Below, in pieces: positions 50,287 to 63,340 of a stretch of DNA of 64,000 nucleotides (the stretch's first letter is position 1; every line of letters begins with the position of its first letter). Source of the DNA: Leucoraja ocellata (lineage: Eukaryota); the NCBI GenBank assembly GCA_036785375.1, contig JAWMAR010000064.1, forward strand, positions 3,286,001 through 3,350,000, in the 5' to 3' direction. The translations under genes and the position numbers were made by a program. The notes beneath the pieces were generated by a model. The model saw only the letters and a program-made list of their open reading frames with translations, did no database searches and was not told the DNA's origin.

Positions 50287-50652
50287 TGATCCTTTGTCAG
50301 TGGATCATCGGTGGGCTATCTCTCAGAACACCAGGCTCTTGCTCAGAATGTTGCTGATCTCATCACCCCTGGCGATTGCCCCTCCGCAGCCTTGAAGTTT
50401 CCCAGCCCCATACTGCCCGTTTCCATCTCCTTCCCAATGTCCACACGCAGGACTTCCTGGCAGACCCACTGATTCTGCCTGCTCCTGCCCCGCAGAACTC
50501 TATAGACTCCATTTGTACCACACATTGCCTCGGCAAGGTCAGCAGTATAATCAAGGACGAGTCGCACCCTGGCCACTCCCTCTTCTCCCCTCTCCCACCA
50601 GGCAAAATGTATAGAAGTGTGAAAAAGCACACCACCAGATTTGGGGACAGTT

Positions 50653-53039
50653 CAATTCAATTCAATTTAAAAACTTTATTGGCATGATAAAAAATACATT
50701 GTTATATTGCCAAAGTATAAAACATGACATACATGACATACTTGTATTTATACTTATGCATCTTAAATATGTATGTCATAATAATAATTAAATTATTAAA
50801 TTATTATTATGACATACATATATAAGATGCATAAGTATAAATACAAGTATACAGTGCATGGTAGATATGTCCCTGTACATAAACTCGCAATAGGCCTATA
50901 GCCCTTTATTGATTGCAGCTGTAAGCAGTACAACACAATAGCAAGTTTAGCAATTCAATATTAATTTCTTAGTGTCAGTTAATGTCAATTAGTGTGAGCG
51001 TACATACGTGCATGTTGGTCATTCACCGTCTCTCAGGTTGTGGCATGCTGTTACGTATTGTGCACCAAGATGTACTGTATTTCCTTTGCCAAGGATTATT
51101 CTTAGTTTTGATGTATCATCTAGTTCTTTAAAATCAGGGGTTGCCACACTGAGTTTGTAAAAGTATGCTTTCCTTGTTTTGTCAAATGTTTTGCATTTTA
51201 GGAGGAAGCGCACCTCTGTTTCAACCTCATCTGTCAAACAGTGGCCGCATAATCTGTTTTCTCTTGGTTGCCAGAGTCTCTTCTGTCTTCCTTTTTCAAC
51301 TGCCAAATAGTGGTCACATAATCTGTATTTGGTGAGGGTCTGTCTCTAACAGTTATGCCTCTAACAGTTGAGATATAGTCTGCCAATTTAACCATACAAC
51401 AATTACAGCACGGAAACAGGCCATCTCGGCCCTACAAGTCCGTGCCGAACAATTATTTTCCCGTAGTCCCATCTACCTGCACTCAGACCATAACCCTCCA
51501 TTCCTTTCCCATCCATATACCTATCCAATTTATTTTTAAATGATAAAATTGAACCTGCCTCCACCACTTCCACTGGAAGCTCATTCCACACAGCTACCAC
51601 TCTCTGAGTAAAGAAGTTCCCCCTCATGTTACCCCTAAACTTCTGTCCCTTAATTCTGAAGTCATGTCCTCTTGTTTGAATCTTCCCTACTCTCAATGGG
51701 AAAAGCTTGTCCACGTCAACTCTGACTATCCCTCTCATCATTTTAAAGACCTCTATCAAGTCCCCCCTTAACCTTCTGCACTCCAGAGAATAAAGACCTA
51801 ACTTGTTCAACTTTACTCTGTAACTTAGTTGCTGAATCCCAGGCAACATTCTAGTAAATCTCCTCTGTACTCTCTCTATTTTGTTGACATCCTTCCTATA
51901 ATTGGGCGACCAAAATTGTACACCATATTGCAGAATTGGTCTCACCAATGCCTTGTACAATTTTAACATTACATCCCAACTTCTATACTCAATGCTCTGA
52001 TTTATAAAGGCCAGCACACCAAAAGCTTTCTTTACCACCCTATCTACATGAGATTCCACCTTCAGGGAACTATGCATAGTTATTCCTAGATCCCTCTGTT
52101 CTACTGCATTCCTCAATTCGCTACCATTTACCATGTACGTCCTATTTTGGTTTGTCCTGCCAAGATGTAGCACCTCACACTTATCAGCATTAAACTCCAT
52201 CTGCCATCTTTCAGCCCATTCTTCCAAATGGCCTAAATCTCTCTGTAGACTTTGAAAATCTACTTCATTATCCACAACACCACCTATCTTAGTATCATCT
52301 GCATACTTACTAATCCAATTTACCACACCATCATCCAGATCATTTATAATCTCTTTTTAGGGCACGGTAACATTCTAATCTGCTTTTTCAAACGTTTCAA
52401 ATACATTTCTTTACATTAACAACCATATAACCATATAACAATTACAGCACGGAAACAGGCCATCTCTGTCCTACTAGTCCGTGCCGCACATTGTTTGATA
52501 ATTTGGTTCGCTCTAACTGGTGATTGGGGATCATTATTGATCTGAGGCTGGTCAGGATTTAACTGGATAGGGTTTAACTATATTTACCTTGGTCTAGCAT
52601 CAGCATCAGGGAACAGTGAATGCACTAAAAGAGAAAGCTCGAAGAGCTCTGTATGCAATAAAAAGAAGATTCTACAACATCCAAATTCCAATTAAAATCT
52701 GTCTTAAAATATTTGACAGTGTAATCCAGCCTATTGCGCTTGATGGTAGTGAAGTATGGGGTCCGCTCAGCCACCATAGTTATAGTAAATGGGAAAAACA
52801 TACAACGGAGGCCCTGCATGCGGAATTTTGTTGGAACATCCTCCGTATCCAAAGGAAAACACCAACAAACGCATGTAGGGCGGAATTAGGCAGATACCCA
52901 CTGATAATAAGTATCTAGAAAAGAGCACTAAATTTTTGGAATCACCTTAAATCTAGCCCCCCAGATACCCTCCAGTTTAAAGCCCTTCAAACACAAGAGG
53001 GGAGCCCAGAAAAGAGTTCCCTGTGTCAGTTGGTACTGA
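50653..53039. mobile_element. RTEX-like LINE with inverted 5' part
   Basis: Minus part has a zinc-knuckle-like RLCGHC...EVETEVRFLLKC and a (TTGAA)n tail; plus part reads IFDSVIQPIALDGSEVWG; TSD GACAGTT at 50646-50652 and 53040-53046. Confidence 0.8.
51391..52341 (-). mobile_element. Young 5'-truncated CR1 (HER1-like) LINE, uninterrupted 307-aa ORF2 C-terminus
   Basis: SKYADDTKIGG...QFWSPNYRKD...FFTQRVVAVWNELP; 5-bp TSD ATTTA at 51386-51390 and 52342-52346. Confidence 0.93.
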
Positions 53040-53399
53040 GACAGTTTCTTCCCAGCTGTTATCAGACAACTGAATCAACGTACCACCACCAGACAACAGT
53101 GCTGAATTACTATGTACCACTTTGATGTTCCTCAGACTATCCTTGATCAGATTTTGCTGGTTTTACCTTGCACAAACGTTATTCCCTTATCATGTATCTA
53201 TACACGGAATGGATCGATTGTAATCATGTATTGTCTTTCTGCTGACTGGTTAGCACGCAACAAAAGCTTTTCACCGTACACGTGACATTAAACTAAACTA
53301 AACTAAACTCATCTCCAAATACCTTGACTCATCCTATCCCCTTGTCCAGTCCCTTCCAACCTACATCCAAGACATTTCCTTGCCTTTGACATGCCTGTC

Positions 53400-53720
53400 A
53401 AATCTTCAAACTGGAGGAACAGGACCTCATATTCTGCTTGAGTCTACAAACCAACAATATGATTATTGAAATTCTCCACTTTTATGTAGCTAATCTACTA
53501 ACACCCCCACCTTTTCCCTTTCCCTCCCTCTTTTATTTTGCTCCTCTCTTCCCTCGAAGCACTTCCTTTTTCTCCATTTTCCCTTCCCTATATAGCTTCC
53601 TCAGGCTTCACATTTTGTGCATCTTCTGTCCGTATCTCCTTATTTCACACTTTTTGTACTTCCATCTCTGGCCTTAGCCCAACCATCTGCCAATTAACTC
53701 TCACCCCCTCACCTGTATCA
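53400..53720 (+). mobile_element. Old Penelope-like 3' fragment
   Basis: KLEEQDLIFCL remnant followed by a pyrimidine-rich pLTR-like tract. Confidence 0.55.
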
Positions 53721-54879
53721 CCAGTATGGTTGCCAAGTTTACTGATGATTCAGAGTTGGGAAGGAAAGAAAGTTGTGATGAAGACACTAAAGAGATATGG
53801 ATAGGTTAAGTGATGGGCTAAGATGCAACAAATGGAGTAACATGCGGTAAAATGTGACATTGTTTACTTTGGACAGAAAAATAATAATGCAGTGTATCAT
53901 CTAAAATGGTAAGAAATCACAAACTGTATTATTGGACACTTAGAAGTCTGCAAATGTAAGATTTGCCTCATCAAAACATCCAAGAAAATTGGATACAATT
54001 CATCTTTAACAAACCCATGTTGGCTTTCTCTAATCAATCCTTACTTTATCATTCAACTGATAAATTTGTCCCTGATTATTGTTTATGTACTTTCTTTGCC
54101 ATCAAGATTAAATTCAGTGCTCAGTATCAACTTGGGTTCATACAAGTGTTTAACGTTTGCTGTTTATCAGTCCTCAAGAACCAATCCTAATCTGTATATG
54201 TTTTTTATTTTGCTCCCTTCATATCTTCCTAATTTGATTTAATATCCTCATTTTGATTGAATTGCATCAGTTTCAACCCAATGTATAATTCTAACATATC
54301 ATGGTCATTCTTCCTATATGCACCATTACAATAAGATTTTCAATTAACCCTCTCTCATTGCACAAAAACAAGACCTAAGATATGCGTTTCCTGAGTTGGT
54401 TTCTCAACACATTATTCACCTTCACCATAGGAGCAGCTAGGCTCACATGTATGGCTCACTGATAAAAGACAGAGGGTTGTGGTAGTAGGGGGTTATTCTG
54501 GCAGGAGCACAGTGACCAGTGGAGTTTGCAGTGTTCTGGGCCAGGATCTCTGTTGTTTGTGATATATGTAAAGGAATTGAATGTAAATGTAGATGGGTTA
54601 GACTGTTAAATAATGACACCAAGGCTTTTTGATAGACCATGGATTGAATACATTTTGCAGGGAATATGCAGTGTGGACAGTTGAGGTTAGTTTATTTTGA
54701 CATTATCTTCAGCGCAGACATTGTGGAAAAAAGGGCCTGTTCCTATGCTGTACTTTTCTTTGTTTTTTCTATATATTCTATGTGTGATTGGGCATCTGCC
54801 AACTGAATGTCTCACACAACTCACTCAATTTTGAGAACTTGAGCTTGTGTCTGTGCCTGCTATACCACCTGGCCCAATA

Positions 54880-55815
54880 TTAAAAATAAATTGGATAGGC
54901 ATATGGATGAGAAGGGAATGGAGGGTTATGGTATTAGTGCAGGCAGGTGGGACTAAGGGAAAAAACGTTGTTCGGCACAGACTCGTAGGGCCGAGATGGC
55001 CTGTTTCCGTGCTGTGATTGTTATATGGTTATATGGTTAAGACTCTTTAGCCCATCATCTATTCCGCCATTCAATCAAGGCTGATTTCTCTCTCCCTCCT
55101 AACCCCATTCTCCTACCTTCTCACCATAACCCCCATAATTTTAATGTACAAATCTATCTCTGCATTAAAGATATCCACTGACTGGCCTCTATAGCCTTCT
55201 GTGGCAAATAATTCCACAGATTCACCAACTTCTGACTAAATATTTGTTTCCTCAATTTCTTCCTAAAATATAGGTCCTTTAATTCTGATGCTATGTCCTC
55301 TAGTCCTAGACTCTCCCACTAGTGGAAACATCCTTTCCACCTCCACTCTACATAAGCATTTCACTATTCTGTATGTTTCAATGAGGTCCCCCTCATTCTT
55401 CTAAACTCCAGTAAGTGCAGGCCCAGTGCCGACATAGGCTCATCATAGGTTAACCTACTCATTCCTGGAATCATTCTTGTAAACCTCCTCTGGACCCTGT
55501 CCAGAGCCAGCACATCCTTCCTCAGATACGGTGCCCAAAATTGCTCACAATATTCCAAATGCGGCCTGACCAGCGCCTTATAGAGCCTCAACATTACATC
55601 CCTGTTTTTGTATACAAGCCCTCTTGAAATAAATGCTAGCATTGAGTATGCTTTATTAACTACCAATTCGACTTGCAGATGAACTTTTTGGGAATAATGC
55701 ACCAGCACTCCCAAGTCCCTTTGCACCTCCGATGTCTGGATTCTCGCCCCATTCAGAAAATAGTTTACTCCTTTATTCCTACTGCCAAAATGCATGGCCA
55801 CACTTTGCCAAGGTA
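54880..55815 (-). mobile_element. CR1 LINE fragments (short + strand tail, then a - strand 3' end)
   Basis: ORF 55364..55819 [18 protein letters not shown]. Confidence 0.85.
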
Positions 55816-57026
55816 GCATTCCAAGAAATGCTGTAATTTAATTAAGGAAGATTTATTGTTTCCGAAAGAGGGCTGGTGGTGTGAAGTCCATCCTGAATTC
55901 TCAGGAATTCTTTGATGGCCATTAATCTGCAAGTCCCCTGGTAGTTCCGCTAAATAGGACCTTGGAAGAAAATCTGCCTCATTTTCATGAATGTGTTTTA
56001 AGTGCAGGCTGTTGCTCAAACCAGCAGGTGGTGTGCTTGGTCTGTATTGGTTTAACTTCTCCATATGACTGATCTGCAGATTGTTTCTTTCAAAAGCATA
56101 GCTGGGACCTGATGATACTTGTTTAGGGCCCAAAATGGTGGAATAACTCAATGGGTCAGGAAGCATCTCTGGAGAACGCGGATAGGTGACGCTTCGGGTC
56201 GGGCTTCATTTCATGTCTCAAGAAGCGTCTCAATCCAAAAGGTCACCTACCCATGTCCTCCAGAGATGTTGCCTGACCCATTGAATTACTCCAGCACTTT
56301 GTGTTCCTTGCAAGATTCCAGCATCTGTAGTTCCTTGTGTCATCTGATGACACTAGTTTGAATGGCATTTAAAGGTAGCATTCAGATATTTTTCTTTCAA
56401 CTCACCGATCTGTTCTCATCTCACTACCCATGGAAACTGGGTTGAAATTAAAATATTAATTTTATTGTGTACTGTGGCATTTCAAAAATCTTTAAATAAA
56501 CCAATTGAGGGCTTCAAATCAGGTTATTAGAAGTTTTCTTTACATGTATTTTAGTCCAATACATTTGATATGTTCGATATTTATTTACCTGGGGAGGAAC
56601 ACATTAGCAACATAAAAATAACTCACTGGGGGATTCTGAATTAATGAGATTAATCTGCAGCTAACGTAAATGAGCAGGCCACTGTTGTCACAGACTTCAT
56701 CAGCAAGTGGGGGAAAGCATACCAAAGAAGGCAATACATGTGTTCCTAACTGGAAACCATGGATGAACCATGAGGTCCACTCGCAGGTGACATCCAAGCC
56801 TGCAGCATACAAGTCCAACATTGCAAGCAGTACTACGACCTTCTGAGAACAATTAAGGATGCCAAGAGGGAATTCTGAGTGAAGCTGGAGTCCTGAGGAA
56901 ATGTCCCAGACACCCGGATTGTGGCAAAGCTTGAACACTATTATAGGCAGCAAAGCAATATTGTGTAGTACTGCTAGCAACAACAGGTCCCTCTCCCATG
57001 AGCTCAGTGCATTCTGTGCTTACTTT

Positions 57027-57818
57027 AAAAACTTGTCATTAAAACCTCCTTCTTTCATCTCCGCAACATCGCCAAACTCAGACCCTCTCTCACACCTCCC
57101 GCTGCTGAAAGACTCATCCATGCCGTCATCTCCTCCCGACTGGACTACTGCAACTCACTTCTCCTTGGCATCAGCTCCACCTACATCAACCGACTCCAAC
57201 TGGTCCAGAACGCAGCCGCCCGACTCATCACCCACACCAAATCCTGGCATCACATCACTCCAGTCCTCAAACAACTTCACTGGCTTCCCATCTCCCACCG
57301 GATCACCTACAAAATCCTGATCCTCACCTACAAAGCCCTCCACCATCTGCCCCCCCCCCCCCCCCCCCCCCCCATATCTCACTGACCTCCTCTCCCCCTA
57401 CCAACCCTCACGGTCCCTCAGATCCACATCAGCCGGTCTCCTCTCCATCCACAAGTCCAACCTCTGCAGTTTTGGGGACAGAGCCTTCTCCAGGGCAGCT
57501 CCCAGGCTCTGGAACTCCCTCCCCCAACTGATCCGCAATTCCGTGTCCCTCACCATCTTCCAGTCCCGCCTCAAGACCCATCTTTTCACCTCTGCCTATC
57601 CTTAGCCCCACGTCCCCCTCCCTTTTCATCTGTGCACTAATTGTCTCATATTGTGTTTTGTATTGAATTCTGTCTTTACTTTGTGTACTAGTCATGTCTC
57701 TACTATTTATTTCATTCCCCTTACATGTTTTTCCTCTACCTGCTAAATTTTTGTAAGGTGTCCTTGAGACTCTTGAAAGGCGCCCATAAATAAAATTTAT
57801 TATTATTATTATTATTAT
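57027..57818 (+). mobile_element. L2 LINE 3' end
   Basis: FFHLRNIAKLR...SRLDYCNSLL...LQLVQNAAARL...HITPVLKQLHWLP...APRLWNSLP; (TAT)n tail; TSD TACTTT at 57021-57026 and 57819-57824. Confidence 0.92.
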
Positions 57819-58672
57819 TACTTTGAACAGAACGTCACTTCTCCGTCAACCTCAGCCTGCACCTATAGTCGCTATGGCCGTTGTAAGACGTGGAGGCCCC
57901 AGCAGCATCCTGAGGACCGGTGTGGATGAGCTGGCAGAGGTATTCACAGATATCTTTAACCTCTCAATGCTCCATTTTGAGGTTCCCACCTGCTTCAAGA
58001 ACACGACTATCATCCTGTTGCCAAAGAAAAGTAATGGGCCTGTCCCACTTAGGCGGTTTTTGATGCAACTGGAACGGCGACTGTCAAGTGAAATTCACAC
58101 GGTGCAAAGCCAATGTGATACAGACACACACCGTGATTAACAGGAAGGTTGGCGCTGTAATTTGACGGTGAAAGCACAGTGTACGGGAAGGGTCACGTGA
58201 GTCCTTTAAAAGGGGGTGAGGGGGATGGGGGGGAGAGGTGGGGGAGAGGGGGGAAAAGCCAGAGATACACGGCTGTGAAGCTCGGCGGACATTAACATTA
58301 CCGGTCCGTTATCCTTGGTTCTGAAAATGACTGCTTACCTTTTTTTCCCACAATGAGCCAATGAAATTCACCAGTCAGCACCGGCTACAACCTACGACAA
58401 CCTTCGACCTCCTGGCAACCCACTAGGACCTCCTGGCAACCCACTTATGGCACGAGAATTCCGACTACTCTACGTGGCGGCTTCATTCTAGTCGCCGCTA
58501 ATTATTCAACATGTTGAAAAATTTGTGGCGACCATAATGAGGCCGCGACTAGTTCCCAGAATGCGGGAACTCCTCACGACCATGAAGGCGACTCCCCGGC
58601 AACCACCCACGACCATGATGAGATGGAGTACAGGAAGCAGATAGACAATGTGGTTACATCCTCTCCCTCAAT

Positions 58673-59142
58673 GTCCCTTCTGTCCCACGAGCATGCGACT
58701 CCATGCGGCAATCGTGACCTAACGTGGTCGCTTGAGCTGTACGGCCTCGCGGGGCCGGTCCCACTTTGATCGGCGGAGCCGTATGCAGTTGTGCGGAGCT
58801 GGTCCCGACATCGCGCGGGGCTCTGAAAAACTGACCTGTTCAAAAATTCCGCGCGGCAATGGCCAGCCGGCCCGCAGCCGAGTCGACGCCGTACGCACCG
58901 CATCAACGCAGTGTCTTGATGCCGTACGTCACGCGCGAACTTCCCGTGGACTTCGCTCGAACTTCACGTTACTCACTCGACCTCCGCGCGGCCCCCGTTT
59001 CTGGTTTGGTCGCGCTCGGCGCATGCAGGCGCATGGTGGTGGGACCGGCCCTGTACGGGGATCACTCGACCTCCGCGCGGCCCCGCTTCCGGTTTGGTCG
59101 CGCTTGCCGCATGCAGGTCGCATGCTCGTGGGACAGGGGGCC
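58673..59142. mobile_element. Harbinger-type MITE, CpG-rich
   Basis: TIR CTGTCCCACGAGCATGCGAC / GTCGCATGCTCGTGGGACAG; an inner inverted pair GGGCCGGTCCCAC / GTGGGACCGGCCC. Confidence 0.8.
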
Positions 59143-60037
59143 TAGATATCGAGTTCCAAAAAAGTGGAGGGAGTACATGCCCCAATCAGCATCAATGGTC
59201 TCAAAGTCAAACTTTCCGAGGTGCCGCGCACGGCTTAGGCCTTCCCAAAGTGCTGTGGCCGCGTAACCGGGAATCTGCCGGAGGACCTGACCCGAAGGCC
59301 TGGCTGACCACGGAATGGGGAACCCAACTGCGGACCTGAAGGCTCAGCTGACCGTGGAACCAAAGGGAGCCGTTGGAGAAATCGGCGTGATGGGCAAGGG
59401 CTGGTAGGAGAGTGAACCAGGGTCATGCCTCTGGTGCACTCAAGGCCGGCTGCAGGAGGCATCCCCGGCACACAGCGACGGCCGGCCGAGGAGAGGGACG
59501 TCGTTTCGCGGGCCGATCCGGTGGAAGGTGACAGAGGGAGGCCCTGCAGGAGCCTGGGGTGTACCTGGATCGGGAACCATTTTAGTAGACTGAGCGTGTG
59601 GGCAGACTTTGGACTTTGGAAATGGTGCCAAACATGGTGGTGCCTGCATGTGTAAATATGCAAAGAGAATTCCACGGTGCAGTTGCACATGCCACAAATA
59701 AAGCACTGTTGAACCATTGAAAGTGGAAATGATTGAGAGATTCTAGGTGGAAATATTGCCAATATTCTGTTGTGAACCAACCAGATGGGCATAAAAGGAC
59801 ACCAATGCCTGAACTTTCTCAGTTGACTTACAAACTTCCACAGGTGCAGTGTAGAAAGCATGCTGCCGGGTTGCATCACAACTCAACCTGAGGGACCCAC
59901 ATTATCTTTTGCTAATCTTTTTCTTTGCCCAAATTCAGAGCAACTTTTTCAATTTGTTTTGAAGTTTTCCAGATATTTATATTCAATGCTCCATTTTGCA
60001 TCTGTGTCTCGGTCCTCCTTTCCCGATTGCGAATCCT

Positions 60038-60238
60038 GTGTGGGAAGGAAGTGCAGATGCTGGTTTAAATCGAAGGTAGACGCAAAATGCTGGAGTAACT
60101 CAGCGGGACAGGCAGCGTCTTTGGAGAGAAGGAATGGGTGACGTTTCGAGTCGAGACTCTTCTCTCGACCCAAAATGTCACCCATTCCTTCTCTCCAGAG
60201 ATGCTGCCTGTCCCGCTGAGTTACTCCAGCATTTTGTG
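60038..60238. mobile_element. Palindromic pLTR-derived element
   Basis: Inverted arms of about 60 bp centred near 60160. Confidence 0.75.
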
Positions 60239-60489
60239 ACCTCCTTTTGTTAATCGTGTTGCCTACTGCTCTGACATTATTATATTCCTTTTTCTTTGAT
60301 CTAATACCACCTTTAACTACTTCTGTTAGACGCAACCTTTTAGGTTTTTGAACCTTAACAGGATGCCTATTTTTTGGTAAAATATATATTCTTTAAATAT
60401 TAGGCAATATTCCTTGTTTACAGTAATATTTTTTTACTGTAATATCTTCCATACCCTATATCATATGGTTTGTTTGCAATTAGGACAAC

Positions 60490-60787
60490 AATGTGACACA
60501 GTGGTAGAGCTAGTGCCTTTCAGCACCAGAGACCTGGGTTCGATCCTGACTACGGGTGCTGTCTGTACGGAGTTTGTACATTCTCCCCATGACCGCGTGG
60601 GTTTTCTCCGAGATCTTTGGTTTCCTCCCACACTCCAAACACATGGAGATTTGGAGGTTAATTGGCTTGGTATAAGTGTAAATTGTCCCCAGTATGTGTA
60701 GGATAGTGTTAACGTGCGTGGATCGCTGGTCGGTGCGGACTCGGTGGACCTAAGGGCCTGTTTCCGTGCTGTATCTCTAAACTAAAC
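60490..60787 (+). mobile_element. V-SINE (HE1-like tRNA-derived SINE)
   Basis: B box GGTTCGATCC, V-domain-like GGAGTTTGTACATTCTCCCC...GGTTTCCTCCCAC, CR1-type tail GGGCCTGTTTCCGTGCTGTA-(CTAAA)n. Confidence 0.88.
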
Positions 60788-62646
60788 CGGAGGATCTTTG
60801 CTTCACATGGAGCAGAATCACTTTCAATATTGAATTACAATTCTATCATTTTGTGGTAATATTAACCTAAAGCGCCCTTAATTATCAGATTATTCTGATA
60901 ATTAAATCTTTCTCATTATGAAAAATCAGATCTATGCTAGTTGGTTCCCTGAACGATTTCTCAGCATATTGATAAATAAAACCATCCAATGTCATTAAAT
61001 CCATAAAAACACATCATTATTGCTTCCTCAATATTGCTCTAATTTTGGTTTAGCAATCGATAAGTAAATTAAAGTACCATATGATACAGACACCTTTTTT
61101 CTTTATTTATATTATGCCACACTGATTGGGGACGTATAGACACATCCTGCCAATGCATTCAGTTCCTTGCTATTTCTTAGCTCCACCCATAGTGCCCCCG
61201 CTTCTTGATTTTCTGTGCCTTTAACCCATAATTTATTAGGACTGCCTTCGTTTCACTTTGCCTAGCTCTTCTAAAACTCAAGTATCCTGTAATATATAAT
61301 TCTCTACCTTGGTCAATTAGCAACCATATCTTCATTGTGTTTATTGGATTGCACCTATTTTTGAGTTGCTTCATCTGGTTATGAACACTGCACCCACACA
61401 TAGTTATAACAACACTAGTGAATAAATATGCAAACCATGATCTTATTATTGATATACCCAGGCATTCCTTCGCTCCAGTTAGTATGGGATCTCATTTTTA
61501 TATTCCTCTGGGATGCTTCTTCAAATGCATTTTTTAAGTTGTTATCGTGATAAATTAGGAGATTTCTGCTTCATCGTTCTAAAATTTCCATTTGCAACAG
61601 TTGGTTGACCTTGAGTATCCCTCCCACTTACACTGAAGGCTGATTGGCCCCTAGGTTGTATTTAGATGTTGACTTTGCAGTTGTGGTGACGTTCTAGCTA
61701 TCTAAACATGAACTAAGTGACATTGTTTTGTTGTCTTTTCTGTCACTAATCAATGGTTCAGGACTCTTGTTGATTTCACATTTCTGAAAAATTGTGTTGT
61801 TAATGTATTCATTTATTTTAGATATAAACTTGGTCCTTTCAGTGGGGGTAAATGTAGAATTATTATCATCAATGAGAGTGTGATGATTATCGGTGCTGAA
61901 AGTGAAATGCTTTTGTAACTTTGGCACTCAACATCAAAAGAAGGTGATCAGATGTACAGTATCAAAGTTTGGATTAGCTGCAAAGTAAAGGGTAGAAGCC
62001 TGGCCATGTAGTTCCAACCAATATCACCCTGTGCCCTATGACTGTTCTCTTCACTGTCTACTGGTTTTCTGTCATTGCCAAACATATTCTTCACACCTCC
62101 TATTTTCACATCCAAATTGTTAAGGTGTGTAACAAACAGGCTTCCAGCACTGGTCTCTTTGGTGCACCACTCATCACAGACTCGTAATTACAAAAACCCT
62201 CCACAATAATCCTCTGCCTCCTGTGTGGGACCTTGCAATTACTCCAGTTATCCTCGTCAATATATTATGCTACCTCTTCAAAATATCTGTACTTTGGTCA
62301 GATAGGATCTGCTGCAAACTCAAGCATGCTGACTATCTAGTTGCCCCCCTGTTCTGAGACTCTACAGTCAGGGGGAAGTATTTTCCCTGCATGCAGTTTA
62401 GTTTTAGTTTAGTTTAGAGATAGGGAACAGGCTCTTTGGCCCATCGAGTCCACACTGACCAGCGATCCCCGCACATTAACACTACACTTGGGGGCAATTT
62501 ACACTTACATCAAGCCAATTAACCTACAAACCTCTACATCTTTGGAGTTTGGGAGGAAACCGAAGATCTCCACACCGTCACAAGAAGAACATATAAACTC
62601 CGTGGTAAGGATTGAACCCGGGACTCTGGCGCTGCAAGTGCTGTAA

Positions 62647-62882
62647 TGCCCCTGTCCCACTTAGGAAACCTGAACGGAAACCTCTGGAGACTTTGCGCCC
62701 CACCCAAGGTTTCCGTGCGGTTCCCGAAGGTTCCCGGAGGTTTTTGCCAGTCTCCCTACCTGCTTCTACTACCTGCAACCTCCGGCAACCACCTGCAACC
62801 TCCGGGAACCGCACGGAAACCTTGGGTGGGGCGCAAAGTCTCCGGAGGTTTCCGTTCAGGTTTCCTAAGTGGGACAGGGGCA
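62647..62882. mobile_element. Harbinger-type MITE inserted in a V-SINE
   Basis: Near-perfect TIRs of about 80 bp starting TGCCCCTGTCCCACTTAGG; TAA and TTA flanks. Confidence 0.9.
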
Positions 62883-63304
62883 TTAGGCAGCTACTCTACC
62901 GCAGCACCACCATGCCGCCCAGTTTGTTAAGCCCTTTAACAATTTCATAAGGTTTGATGAAATCTCCTTCCTTTCTTCTAAACTCTGGAAAATTCATTCT
63001 CAGTAATCCTAAAGTTTTGGATAACATAAAACTTGGAATGTATTGAACTGTGAACAGATTAGTAACAGGACAAGGAGATATAGTTGGCCAGATTGAATGA
63101 ATGGGCATGTTGCAGATGAAATTTGACATGGAGTTCATGCTGTATTTTGATAAGAAAAATGATCAATGTAATATACTGCAGAGGACATAATAATAATTAT
63201 AAGGGTACAAAAACTGACATAGATTACAGTATACATGCAGAGAAGGCATGTTCTTTATCTCGCTACATCATCATCTATATCTCTCGGTTCCCATATCCCT
63301 AACC

Positions 63305-63340
63305 AGTCTGAAGAAGGGTCTTGACCAGAAACGTCACCCA
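63305..63340 (+). ncRNA. Minimal hammerhead motif within a pLTR copy
   Basis: agt-CTGAAGA-AG-GGTC tt GACC-A-GAAA-CGTC-accc; core present, stem II closing pair mismatched. Confidence 0.45.

Larger units (their letters stand above)
56620..59880 (+). mobile_element. Ancient Rex1-type LINE fragmented by nested insertions
   Basis: Collinear remnants PNWKPWM, GLWQSL, VFTDIFNLS...VPTCFK, DEMEYR, APISING, FHRCSVESML. Confidence 0.7.

Noticed and set aside
47873-50395. Long ORFs spanning X runs
   Set aside because: They run through assembly gaps and a CT microsatellite
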